Origin: Microthyrium microscopicum
Lineage: Eukaryota
Assembly (NCBI GenBank): GCA_010405405.1
Contig: MU004234.1
Location: 895,275 to 959,274, forward strand
Direction: 5' to 3'
Length of the DNA stretch: 64,000 bases
The notes under the pieces were generated by a model. That model had not been told where the DNA came from. It did not search any database and saw nothing but the letters and a program-made list of their open reading frames with translations. A program made the position numbers and the translations under genes. Of the stretch, positions 1 through 10,984 are shown piece after piece; position 1 is the first letter of the stretch, and every line of letters begins with the position of its first letter.

Positions 1-436
1 ATATAATTATAGAATAAAGGATGGAGGATGGAGGATTAATGGAGGTTGGGTTGATCATTGAGCACTGAGCAGCGGGAGCCGTGTCTGAAACGGAAGGCCA
101 CTTGGACCACACTGCCGTTTTCGATAATCCCTGTTGTGATCCACCTATCCTGGTCCATTATCTGGTAATTCTTGGTGTTTTATTTTTTTCTAATCCGTAC
201 TTGACAGTTGACTTCAACTCCTGAATCCAGATTTTGATGTCTACGTTAAAAGTTCTATAAGCTGACCAAAACTACATCTTATGTTACCTTGCTTTTTTAT
301 ACTATGTATGACTACACATCTGTCTTATTCCCGCTGACTCTGCCTAATTCAGACATGCCTTGATCGACATTCAGTGCAGTATCCACGTTGCTATCCGCCA
401 TAAACGTTCCTGTCTCTAGATGCACTTGTTATGTAT

Positions 437-472
437 CACAGCCACCGCAGTAACTCACGGCGCAGGGGCCAC
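437..472 (+). repeat. Left terminal inverted repeat of the transposon
   Basis: Reverse complement of 1808-1843 with 3 mismatches. Confidence 0.9.
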
Positions 473-537
473 ATCCCCTATTTTCCCACCCTTCAACCAG
501 AATTAGATTTTAGTTAATTAATAATATCTCAACCAAT

Positions 538-1764
538 ATGGCTCTAAACAAGACCCAAAGACATGAATATGATACCCCTTGTAAAGCTCGCTTCTTTGAA
601 GCCCTTAAAAATAAAGAAAACTACCCTTTCTTCGCTGCGATTTGCCGTTCCAAAGGAATTAAGATTCTACTAGCTACTGGTCGCCGTTGGGCTTTAGAAT
701 TTGAACGACGAGGAGATCTGGCCTGTCGAAGTATAAGGAAACAATCTACGAAGCTAGGAGCACCTAAATGAGTCCCTAATGAAGACCTTTAGGCTATATT
801 TAGCCCGTTATACTCCTTATATATGACGCCTTATGAAGCTATGCCTTTCAACCTCAAAACAAGACAACTTTAGATAAGATTTAAGAAGCTTAGAGCTCGT
901 AGGCATAAACGGCGAATTATAAAGAAGATCTCTAAACGGAATAAGAAGCTTAGGAGGGAGTACGGCGAGCAATATAAAGGCAAAATAATTACTAGCTTTT
1001 AGTAGAACGTTTACTTTACGGATAAAGCCTATTTTAACTCTCTTAACTTAACAAATTATTAAGATTATAAGATTAGTTAAGAAGGACATCCTAAGGATCG
1101 TTTATCGCCTTAAGAGATTAACAAATCGCCCTTAAATGTTACACTTTACATTGCTGCCAGTATATCTTATCGTTAAAAGGGAATCTTTATGTTTTATAAT
1201 GATCCAAGAGATCTTGCCGTCCCTAAGCCTTGTAAACCACTAAAACTAAGGCGTAGAAAGGCTAAAACGGAGGAATAGTTCCAAGAATGTCTAAAAGAGC
1301 ATGAAGTAAGGCTACCTTATGATTTTGAGGTCAAACCAAAAGGGAACTTAATGACGCAGAAGTTTTATACTAAGGAGGTCCTTAGTAAACACGTTGAAGA
1401 GATAAAGGCCTTAGAAGCTCGTTATTCAGAGAGATTTTGGTTCTAAGAGGATAACGATCTAAGCCATGGAACTAGAAGCTAAAACAACATCGTTGTGGAC
1501 TTTAAACGAGCTGTAGATCTTTAGATTCTTCATTATTGTGCACAATCTCCTAATCTTAATCCCATAGAAGTAATTTGGAACATTATAAAGGGTAGACTTA
1601 GAGATAAATCTTGGGAAATGGTTGCTAAATTCAAGGCCGCAATTTTGGCTGAATGGCAACATATAACCATGGCAGAAATTCAACGACGGATTTCTGAGAT
1701 GCCTTAGAGGTGTCTTGATGTAATACAGTTGAAAGGAGAACGAATTAAGTCTAAACGGTGGTGA
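538..1764 (+). pseudogene. Tc1-like DDE transposase pseudogene (about 408 codons, one frame, many in-frame stops)
   Basis: Frame of ATG 538 continues to TGA 1762-1764. Motifs: F**NVYFTDK (D at 1021), F*EDND (D at 1450) and QSPNLNPIEVIW (Tc1 SPDLNPIE-like). Stops such as TGA 769, TAG 790, TAA 1444 and TAG 1522 are all reachable by C>T or G>A transitions. Confidence 0.9.
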
Positions 1765-1807
1765 TATAAATTGATATTTAATATCTAATATTCTGATTTT
1801 GTGCTTG

Positions 1808-1843
1808 GTGGTCCCTGCGCCGTGAGTTACTGCGTGGGCTGTG
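1808..1843 (-). repeat. Right terminal inverted repeat of the transposon
   Basis: Reverse complement of 437-472 with 3 mismatches. Confidence 0.9.
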
Positions 1844-2594
1844 TATGGTCAAGCATACGCATACATAATTATATGTACACTCCTCAATTACTGTCTACTA
1901 GTTTACGCCCATCTGAGCCAGATATTGATATTATAATCCTTCTCTCTGATCCTCCGCATCTCTCCCTCTCTCTCTCTTTCCTTTTACCTCCGATGGCATC
2001 CCCACCGCCACATCCTTGAACCAACAAGCCTTGTCCACCATCGCTGCCACTACTGACGCCCATATCCGTCTTCGGGTCAAGTCCTTAGTCTCATTTGCAC
2101 GGTGCAATTCACCTGTTTGCTTGCTGCTTGCTGCTTGAGTCCTTGACGTGCAGTATCCGTGCCAGGCCTTTCCTAGCCTCTACTTACTTTTCAATCCCCA
2201 GTTCCCACCCCTCTCTACTTCCCCCGTCGTGCTCGTCCAATCTCTTCCAGGTGATCCGACTTCAACACCTCGCTTGTCTGTTCAGGACCTGGTTTTCACC
2301 CTGTTCGCACTTTCTCTTGCCTTCTCCCATGTCTATCTGGTTTCGAGTCTTTTCTTCTTCTTTTGCTCTTGCTTGATACCCTGTTTGTCTTTTCAGCGCG
2401 TGCTTCGTAATCTTCCTTTTACATCTCCTGCTGTCCTCCCACCAGAGCGCCATGAGTTACACTGCAATTTGCTCTTCCACCGGCCCAGCTTTTTGAGTCC
2501 CATACCACCGTGGCGCGCTTCATCTGTTCCTCCCGCAGTCCACTCGCACCCTGTTGCTGCATAATCCCGTTTCCAATAAAACACTTCTCCCGCC

Positions 2595-5035
2595 ATGGTT
2601 GTACACGCTCGTCAACCCTCGCTTGAGCACCTCTCACCGCAACGCAGGAGCACGACCGCGGCCGCTCTGCGAAGAGGCCATATCAAAATCAGCGAGCCAG
2701 TTCCCCTAGAAAACTCAGGCCCCTCGCCCGTTTGGAAACCCGGTTCAATACATCGCCAATCGCAGTATCCTGCTGGCCAGCATGAAAACCACCCACTCCC
2801 TACCGACAGCGTCACTGGTTTCCAGGGTTCTCTAGCGACTCCAACAAGCATGGCTATGGCCGGTAGTGATGCCCATGCTTCCACGTCAGACTTTGCTACC
2901 AACGGACCCCTACATGAATCCTCATTGCCCATGTCACCAGATTCAAATGCTTATAATACCTCGTCTGGAGGCCAACAATCTGCGGAAATCGTGGCAGGGG
3001 ACGGCAATGCGATGCATCTTAATCGCTCTTCCGTTTTTATGAGAGATACCAAGGACGGTGTTGCTCGACTCCCAGAACCAGACTCGGCTGGTTTCCCATC
3101 CCAGACTCGTCCAAGTACAAGTCGTGATTCTTGGGATCTGAGCATGGACACACCTAACAAGAAGAAGAGGCGAAGCGGAAGCATCAGGGGAGCTTTCAGA
3201 CGCATGTTCAGTAAAAAAGAGAAGCAAGCGCCAGTTCGGGAATCACCCCCTCGTGCAAATGGTCCAAGGCACGAGTATCATAGTAGCGTAAGTTGACAGC
3301 TGAGGACAACTCCGAATACATCGCTAATACATTATAGGAGCCCGCTCTATTTCCATCGTCGCGAGGTTTAGACAGAGTTACGGAAGAGGATCGCATGACC
3401 CCTCAAAAGCAGTTTCGAGGACGGACTGCAGACGAGGATGAATATCGTAATCGTACGCCAATACAAACACCACGACTACCATTTCCTATGAACATAAATG
3501 GCGCCCAACCTGTCCCATATACTGAAAATACTCCCTACATTGAGAATGATTTTAGTCGAACATATACCAGCTTCGATACTTCTCCTCAAGCACACAGACG
3601 CCGAGCAACGTTACCAAGTATTGTTATATCGGCATCAGACGCCGCGGCTTTAGAGAAATTCTGGAACAAGGCAGATCATGTCTCAGGCACGCCACCAGAT
3701 AGTGCTGATCCAGACAGAACGCCGACTCCTCTAATAGGACTTGCTATCACAAGCAATGCGCCATCCAAAGCATCATCAAAGTCCTCAAGACGTCGTTCTC
3801 GCAGTGCCGATGCCCTTCGAGACCTAGCTCAAACACAACAAGGTACAACAGATCTCCGACGACGAAGCGCCGAAATCCAGTATTGGCGAAACACTGAACA
3901 GCGGCTACCCGAGGTCGAAGAAGCCGTCGAAGACAACGGTCCGCGGTCTCAGCACGCCAGTGTCATGGAAATGGGTGAAACACCCAGCAGCCACGGCCAT
4001 CCCGAGGAGCAACAGCAAACGTCGTACATGGCTGCTGCCGCGGAACCTATCCAAGAGGAAGATGAACCACGCAGTGCGCGCCATGTACCCACTCCACCCG
4101 CTCCCCAGTCATCGCCGGAGCCGGTCAAAGTTGTTCAAGAAGAAGCTGCCGACGACTCTGAACCTGCTCCTATGGACAAGAGAATTTCTCAACTCGAGTT
4201 TAGCATGACACATCTTGAACGCTCAATGCAGGCGTTGAGCGGCCGTCAACACCAAGCTTTCAAACTCGAAAAGGCACCTCGATCGCGCGGCCGCATGTCT
4301 ACCGATCCTGATCATCACCGCCAAACTCTCTCCGTCGGCCAACCTACGCGCGCATCTTCCGTGAGGACAGCAACGTCGCCCAAGATCCACCATCCGCGAC
4401 CCTCGCCCTCCCTCCACGACATCTCCCAAACCACACACCTCAATGCCACCAACAACTCCCACATCCACCGCTCCTCCATGCTTCCAGCCAGCCATACCTC
4501 AGCAAATCCAACACCAACAAACCCAACATTCAACGCAATCCCCCTCTCCCCAACCACCACCACAACATTCAATCCATCCTCACTAAACCACACATCCCGC
4601 GAAGCAACCCCACCCACAATCCCCAACTTCTCCATCCCCTACGCCCCCTCCTCCTCACCCACCCACCTAATCGACACTCTAGCCCCCCTCTACTCCGCCC
4701 TGCAATACGAGCGCGCCGTCCGCAAAACCCTCGAATCCACAGTCCACCAGCTGCAACGCGATCTACTCAGCCTCACCAACATCGTCGCCGAAATGCGTGG
4801 CCTAGGCGGCTACCCAACCCCCTCGCCAGATGACGTCCTACTCACCAAGGCCCAAGGCCGAGATACGCCGCCAGACCTTGTCGGTGATTCCGGCGAAGAT
4901 GATGGCTACGAGGGTGATGGCGATGGGTATGAGGGTGATGAGTATGGGACGTATGATGAGGAGGGACTGGGGAGTCCGAATGCGTGGGTTACGCCTAGGG
5001 AGGGGAGGGACGGGTTTAGTGCTGAGATGTTTTGA
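2595..5035 (+). CDS. Hypothetical low-complexity Ser/Pro/Arg-rich protein with two short coiled-coil segments (2 exons)
   Basis: ORFs 2595-3296 and 3395-5035 join in frame through a 50-nt intron at 3288-3337 (GTAAGT...GCTAAT...TAG). Heptad-like segments RISQLEFSMTHLERSMQAL and LESTVHQLQRDLLSL are present. A CT-rich tract lies upstream. Confidence 0.8.
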
Positions 5036-5664
5036 TCAGCGTCGCGTTGTTTTTGTGCTGCATTTCCAGCGCGTAGGCGGAGTGGTCCCGGTAGGGTAGG
5101 GGTGATATCACGACTTGTTTTTTTGATGCTGGTGCTTTTGTCATTGTGCATATGTTTTAATACTTTACCTTCCCCTTCTTAACCGGGGATTTCGCGCCAA
5201 TGATTCCGCTGGGGTTGAACGCGCAGGGAATAGGAGCTGGGGTGCTTGTTTATTCGCAAACAATTGATGCTTGCAAGATTCTTTTTTTGCGCCTGGGATT
5301 GGGTTGTGGGGCTGGGATTACTTTTTTGAGTACCGGGGGCAGGTTTGGAGAGAACATGGATATTTTGGATGATGGCCTGTACGATAGTATCTTATCCTTA
5401 CCGGCATTTGATCTGCGCCGGGCAATATATACGGTCTTGACCCGATGCATTGGATCTGCTGGGACTGGGCATGGTTATATTGTATACCTTGAGCAGATCA
5501 TGAAGTTATTTTGCACGTTTAGGTTGTCACAACTACGAATTCACATCACAATTCAGTAGTTCATCTATAAGTATTCACAGCTATGTGGTTGGTGTTTGGT
5601 AATAGAGACATGCAATTCATTGTTCATACTATAATACATCCGCTACTCTTAGGACGAAGCAGTC

Positions 5665-6762
5665 CTAAGCGCCAACATTAACGTTCCGCGCATCCATACT
5701 ATTCCAATCAGACTGAACAGGCGGCGCCTCCGGAATCGGCAGCTCCGTCCGTCTCTTCTCGATCTCCTCCGCACTCGGCTGCACATGGTGATAGTCTGCG
5801 TTTTCATTGTATTCGACTGCGTGACCTTTCTCGTCGGAGTAGGTGGGTGGGTGGGTGGCTTTGTTGGTTTCGGCGTTGCGTTTGGCGATCATGGCTTTGT
5901 GTTCTGCTTCTTTGGTCTCTTCGGAATGTTTGGCGTGTTCGGCGTTCTTTGCTGATTGGGCGTCTGCGGTGGCTTTGGTGTCTTGGTTGGAGGGGGATGA
6001 TTTGGAGTTGGTGGTGTTTTGGGCTGAGGGGGTGGATTTGGCGGTGTGGGTGTTGCTGTTGAATTCTAGGGTGGGTTTGTCTGACGATTTGGAGTCGGTG
6101 TTGTCATTGTTGGATGAATGGTCCTTGGTGGAGGAATGGTCCTTGTGTGTATGATGGGACTTGGTGTGTGATGTGCCGCTAGATTGGGCGGACCTGGATG
6201 CAGTTTCTCCTTCCACACCGCCGAGATGCTCAGATGAGTTGAGAATGTCGTATTGACCTTCTGAATCGACCTTCGTGTTGTCCCGCGCTCGGCCAGACGT
6301 GACATCGCTATTATGCTTCACAATCTCCTTCTCAGCGAGCCGCGAAGGGTTGTTCTTGTCGTCTGAACCTGCGCCAGAATCCTTTGAATTTTCATGACTT
6401 TGATCTTCACTCTCGTGGAATTTTTGCGTGCGGTTGGCATCAGCCTCTGCCTGCTCTTTGCCCTCTTGTTCATGGCGTTTTGTGCGATCGCTCTTCACAC
6501 CATCGCCGCCTGTCCATGCCTCTTCGTCGTCGCGAGCTGATGCATCGCGGACAGACTCGAGGGTGGTAGCGTTAGAGTGGTCGGTGGTGTTGCTGGTGGT
6601 GGACTTGGAGGGTTGTTGGGAGATGCCAGCCTTGTGGTTCTCGTCGAAACCACCCTCGTGCTGCTTGATGGACTCGGCTGCGAGGGAATCGGATGTTACG
6701 AGACCGGCGGACTCTTCGTTGCGCTCGGCGGAGTGATCTGTGACTTTGTGACCTGAAACCAT
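5665..6762 (-). CDS. Hypothetical hydrophilin-like (highly hydrophilic, probably disordered) protein, 365 aa
   Basis: Intronless ORF rich in S/T/D/E/K/H with almost no hydrophobic core. Motifs GLVTSDSLAAES and LPIPEAPPVQSDWNS resemble conserved ascomycete hypothetical proteins (recalled, not searched). TATA-like TATATAA upstream near 6891-6897. Confidence 0.75.
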   Translation of the reverse strand: MVSGHKVTDHSAERNEESAGLVTSDSLAAESIKQHEGGFDENHKAGISQQPSKSTTSNTTDHSNATTLESVRDASARDDEEAWTGGDGVKSDRTKRHEQEGKEQAEADANRTQKFHESEDQSHENSKDSGAGSDDKNNPSRLAEKEIVKHNSDVTSGRARDNTKVDSEGQYDILNSSEHLGGVEGETASRSAQSSGTSHTKSHHTHKDHSSTKDHSSNNDNTDSKSSDKPTLEFNSNTHTAKSTPSAQNTTNSKSSPSNQDTKATADAQSAKNAEHAKHSEETKEAEHKAMIAKRNAETNKATHPPTYSDEKGHAVEYNENADYHHVQPSAEEIEKRRTELPIPEAPPVQSDWNSMDARNVNVGA

Positions 6763-7979
6763 GATGACTGATGTATGAGCTGGATGTGTGATAGTTGATT
6801 GAAAGTTATCGGAGATATGCTGGGTATATGAAATGCTGATTGAATGCTAAGTTGTATGTGATTCTACTCCAGTGCTCGCGTCTACAACCATTATATATAC
6901 AACGGAGTACAACTCCGAGTTAACTCGGAAACAATTCATACAAAAACTTGGTCACACTCAGCCTTCCCACGGCCAGCCTTACCAGGGCCCATGACGTACA
7001 AGGGTTGGTCGCAATAAACAGATAATTGGCTGTGCGGAGCTTGTGGCGTCCGGTTTCATGCAAGATGCACATGTGTGGTTGGTCGGATAGTTCCGATAAG
7101 GTTTGGTACAAACGCCAATCGTCATGACGACTTTTGAGATGAGATCATGCAGGGAATTCCAACCAAGTATTTTTTAGATCTAGTTATGCCAACTTGAATA
7201 CTACGGAGCATTCGGAATTTCGGATAGATCTGATGCATATGGAGTGATGTAATGACAACGATGCTTTTGCTGCACTGCCACGTCCATGCCGTGTACTCGG
7301 CAGGTCGGGAGTACGCATTGTATCAAGTGCTAGGAGATAAACTGACCATAGTTGTTGTGGTAGGAATATAGCGAGGACTACTGCAGTACTGCTTCGGTTG
7401 CTTTCACCAGCGGTTATCAGCTTTCACGTAAACAGTATGACGGGCCGGTTTGTAAGAACCGGGCCGGATGGCAGTTCGGTGCCTTATGTAAGGTTTAGCC
7501 AGTAACACAATGGGGTGAATATACTTCCATTGTAACTTAGAGACTGCAGATTGTCTATAAATAAAGGTAGTCTCGCGCGCTCCAGAACAAGTGAGTCGTT
7601 GAGCTGCTGAGAGTCACCCAATAAGACGTCTATCAACATCTTGAATAGCCGTGACTCAGAGCCACCGCCGCAGGCGTAGAGAAATTTCCAATATTGATCG
7701 TTTTTGGCCATACGATAGGTACCTAGGTATTCAAGACACTCGAAGAAAGCAATTGGCATCTCTCTTAGACTCTTTCAACAATGTTATGGCAGACGTTGTA
7801 GTTGAGGGAAGCTGCGCTCAGACGAGTCGCTTATTTTAACGTTTGAAAGCAACAGTATCACAAAAACAGGAGTTAATAATATTAAACAATTAATTCGGTC
7901 TGGCTATGTTTTGTTAAATACAACTTGCGTGCTTCGCATGCGGTACGTGTTGCGTCGTCAATTCGTAAATGCTCTGATG

Positions 7980-9234
7980 TCAATGTTCCAATAAAGAGAC
8001 CCAAACTTTTGTATCATACTTGAGAACTAGACCAGCCAGTCTGTTTTGGTTTCCGCAAACCGAACCACGGAGTATTGATAGGACTTTCGCCAGTGTAGAT
8101 GAAAATGTCATACATCAGAGCACCAAAGCTGCCACCGATCAACGGAGCAATAATAGGAACCTGATAATGTTAGCATTGTGAGGTAGTGCAAGTAATGGAT
8201 TGACATCATACCCAGGCATAGTTGTGATGTACTGTCCAGATATCAACAGAATATCCAAGCATAGAAGCGACAGCTCGTGGACCAAAGTCACGAGCCGGAT
8301 TGATAGCAAAACCAGTCTCCCAACCAAAAGCAACAGCAATGCCAAAGATCACGAAGAACATGCCCAACGGTAGAAGTTGTCGGTTGATCCCTAGGTTACG
8401 ATGATCCAGTAGTGCAAAGAGACAGAAGATCAGAAGCGCTGTAGCCAAAAACTCTGAAAAGAACTGCTGACCAGAGCTCAAGAATGGTTGAGCATATGTT
8501 GAATAGATGCCAGCAGTGCCAGTTTTGGATATGCCCGGGATCGTGCGGATGTCTGGTCCGCCCTCGTGGATATCGATTGCGGTCTTGTAGTTGAGATATA
8601 CGACGGCTGTGGCCGACATGGCTCCGAGGACTTGAGCGAGCACGTAGATGGGTAGTTTCTTCCATTTGAATCCGCGGAATATGCAGCAGGCTAGTGTTAC
8701 TGCTGGATTCATATGAGCACCGGATTTGCCCCCGACATAAATGCCCATCATAACACCAATGCCCCAGCCTAGACATGGTTAGTATGTAGAACGAGGAGAT
8801 GTTATGGATCAATATATACCGAAGCCAATGTTGATAGTGTCTCCACTGCCAGATAGAACGTTTTGGGCAACGGTTCCTTCGCCAAAACAGAGAAGGATAA
8901 ATGTTGAGAGGAACTCTGAGAAGAACTCCTTGGTCTTTGATCGAGCGATACTCCAAGGCAGTTCAGCACCAATGTCGGCATTTTCAAGGTCTGGATCATG
9001 TCGAATAAGTTCCGCTACGGCATTGTCTCCCACTATCGTAAGAACAAACTGAGAGTCGCCTCCATTTGCTCTCCTTGCGGCATCCATGAGATGGAATGTC
9101 CTTGGATTTTGAGATGCCGTACTTAGTGGCCGATTGTGTTTCTCTAGCTGAGGAGATCCACTTGAATGAGACGAGGCGGACATATCGTCAATGATGATTT
9201 GAGCTTTCTGATCAGACATAACGATTTGGGACAT
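7980..9234 (-). CDS. Aquaglyceroporin (MIP family, glycerol facilitator), 3 exons
   Basis: SGAHMNPAVT and GFAINPARDFGPR; the Asp after the second NPA marks the aquaglyceroporin subtype. Introns 8819-8769 and 8211-8161. The last exon reads VPIIAPLIGG...YTGESPINTPWFG, with stop TGA at 7982-7980. Confidence 0.93.
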
Positions 9235-10984
9235 AAGTCTTGAGATGAGAAGACCGATGAACTGGCAGTCTTTTCAGTTGATATTCACGATGCCCCGGAT
9301 ATCAATGCAACTTTGTAAATCTTTGCAACGGGCCCCATGATTCAATTATAGACAAGGGCACGCTAATGCTTCGTCGTCCAGTCCCACACGTTGCACTAAG
9401 GACCAGCAGCGGGAGGTGAGCTAAGAATAAGCTTACTGAAACTAGAGCATATCATCTCTCTGGAGAAGAAATATGGGGACACGAATAATGGGGACTATCA
9501 AACTTATCTGGGGATAATATGGATCCTTGGAAATCAATTCTTGACGAGGTATGACGTTGAAGTGTAGCAGATTTTCTACAGAAGAAGCCAGTTGACCTAT
9601 ATCGCGGTGGTTTATATGTTTAAACCATAGACAAGTTTCAACAATTCCCGAACATGTCTCCGCACTGTCAAAGTATATCTAGACCTCTCAGTCCTCGTAA
9701 TTAAACGCATATCTGACTTCGCCACCGCTATGATAGCCAAGAGAAAGATGCATTCGGTGGTTTCAATCATGGAAATCTCGACCTCTCGACTGACCTGTTA
9801 GAAGTGGAGTTGAAAGCACTGTGTAATCCACCCGGACGCCTTAGACTGTCGAGGCTCATCGGCACACCCCGTAAATTAGGTTCGCCCTTCATGGCAAAGA
9901 TGGACGCTCGGATGGCGATATATCAAACGGGCATTAGATCAAAATGGCTTGTGGTGCTGTGCACACAGGCACGCTGCAGCAACGTGAGCAAGTGGATCTG
10001 CAGAGGAGATAGTAAGACGGAGAACCTGGAGCCAATCATACAGTTCATGAACTCTTTCGGAGTATATGTAGCCACTGATAGCAGCATATCTCTACTTTCC
10101 CCAGGATATTCGCTCGAGGGCAATTTACATGATGGTAGTCCTTTGCTTAGTGTGTAACATGGTCTGCGATTTACGCCTTTGCGCATTGAAGAAGCCATGA
10201 GCGATGAGAGGGAGTTTGAGCTTGTGCTCTCAAGGCCGTAACGATCGATGGTTTGATGAAGGATATCGTTAAGAGGAATACAGAGATAACTCTGGCGTGG
10301 AAGGAGGTTGAACATCGACAATGTCCGTGGAGACCCCAGTATGCGGAACCGCAGCGCAAGTATGTCGTGCACAGACTGTGGAGGTATTCCGTGCAGTAGC
10401 GCAGTTAGGAAAGGCGCGATGTATCCCCTTCTTTACCTGCCAAGACACTCTGTAATTCCGCACATCCATTGAAAACACCATTCCATCAAGTTCGACGCCT
10501 CGATAGTTGCTTTGAACCTCAGATCGTGATACAAAGGATTTTGACCGGTGAGCTTTTCACACTCCTTTGGCGCAGCGAATTGGACAGTCCATTAGGAGTG
10601 GGACAAGATAGGGGCGGCGAGATTGATTTCATTGAAGGTGAATCACGACATTCTCTTTTAACCGTATTCCGCTCAAGTTCATTATTCGAAAATATATCCA
10701 CAATATAGCATCCCTGCCCAGTTGGCAAGGTTGCTAAGAGCAAAAGTTGCATATTGGCGTTTGTACTCCATAAACCACTGACCAGGTCAGCGGTGTTGCG
10801 CTATCATCTTTCTTGGAATCACAAGCCATTCTACAGTTCTGAATATGGTTTTTGTTTGGTGCCGCGTCGGGTTGCCAAAGCTAAGCAATATCGAAGCCTT
10901 AGTACCCAAAAGTCATTTCCATTTAAAGTCTCCAGGACCCTTGATCCAGAGCGGGGATTTCTCCGACACTCAAAGATCAACGTC

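Larger units (their letters stand above)
437..1843 (+). mobile_element. Full-length Tc1/mariner (IS630-Tc1 superfamily) DNA transposon, RIP-inactivated
   Basis: Terminal inverted repeats: 437-472 reads CACAGCCACCGCAGTAACTCACGGCGCAGGGGCCAC and the reverse complement of 1808-1843 reads CACAGCCCACGCAGTAACTCACGGCGCAGGGACCAC (3 mismatches in 36). TAT flanks both ends (434-436, 1844-1846). The interior is AT-rich and encodes a broken DDE transposase. Confidence 0.92.

Noticed and set aside
7484..7840. 91-aa protein-like ORF and stop-interrupted upstream frames, possible gene relic
   Set aside because: No identifiable family and too short to support.
9804..10752. Several 60-150 aa ORFs between the aquaglyceroporin and glycerol kinase
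   Set aside because: Overlapping on both strands, with no motif or consistent splice model; treated as intergenic or an unrecognisable relic.
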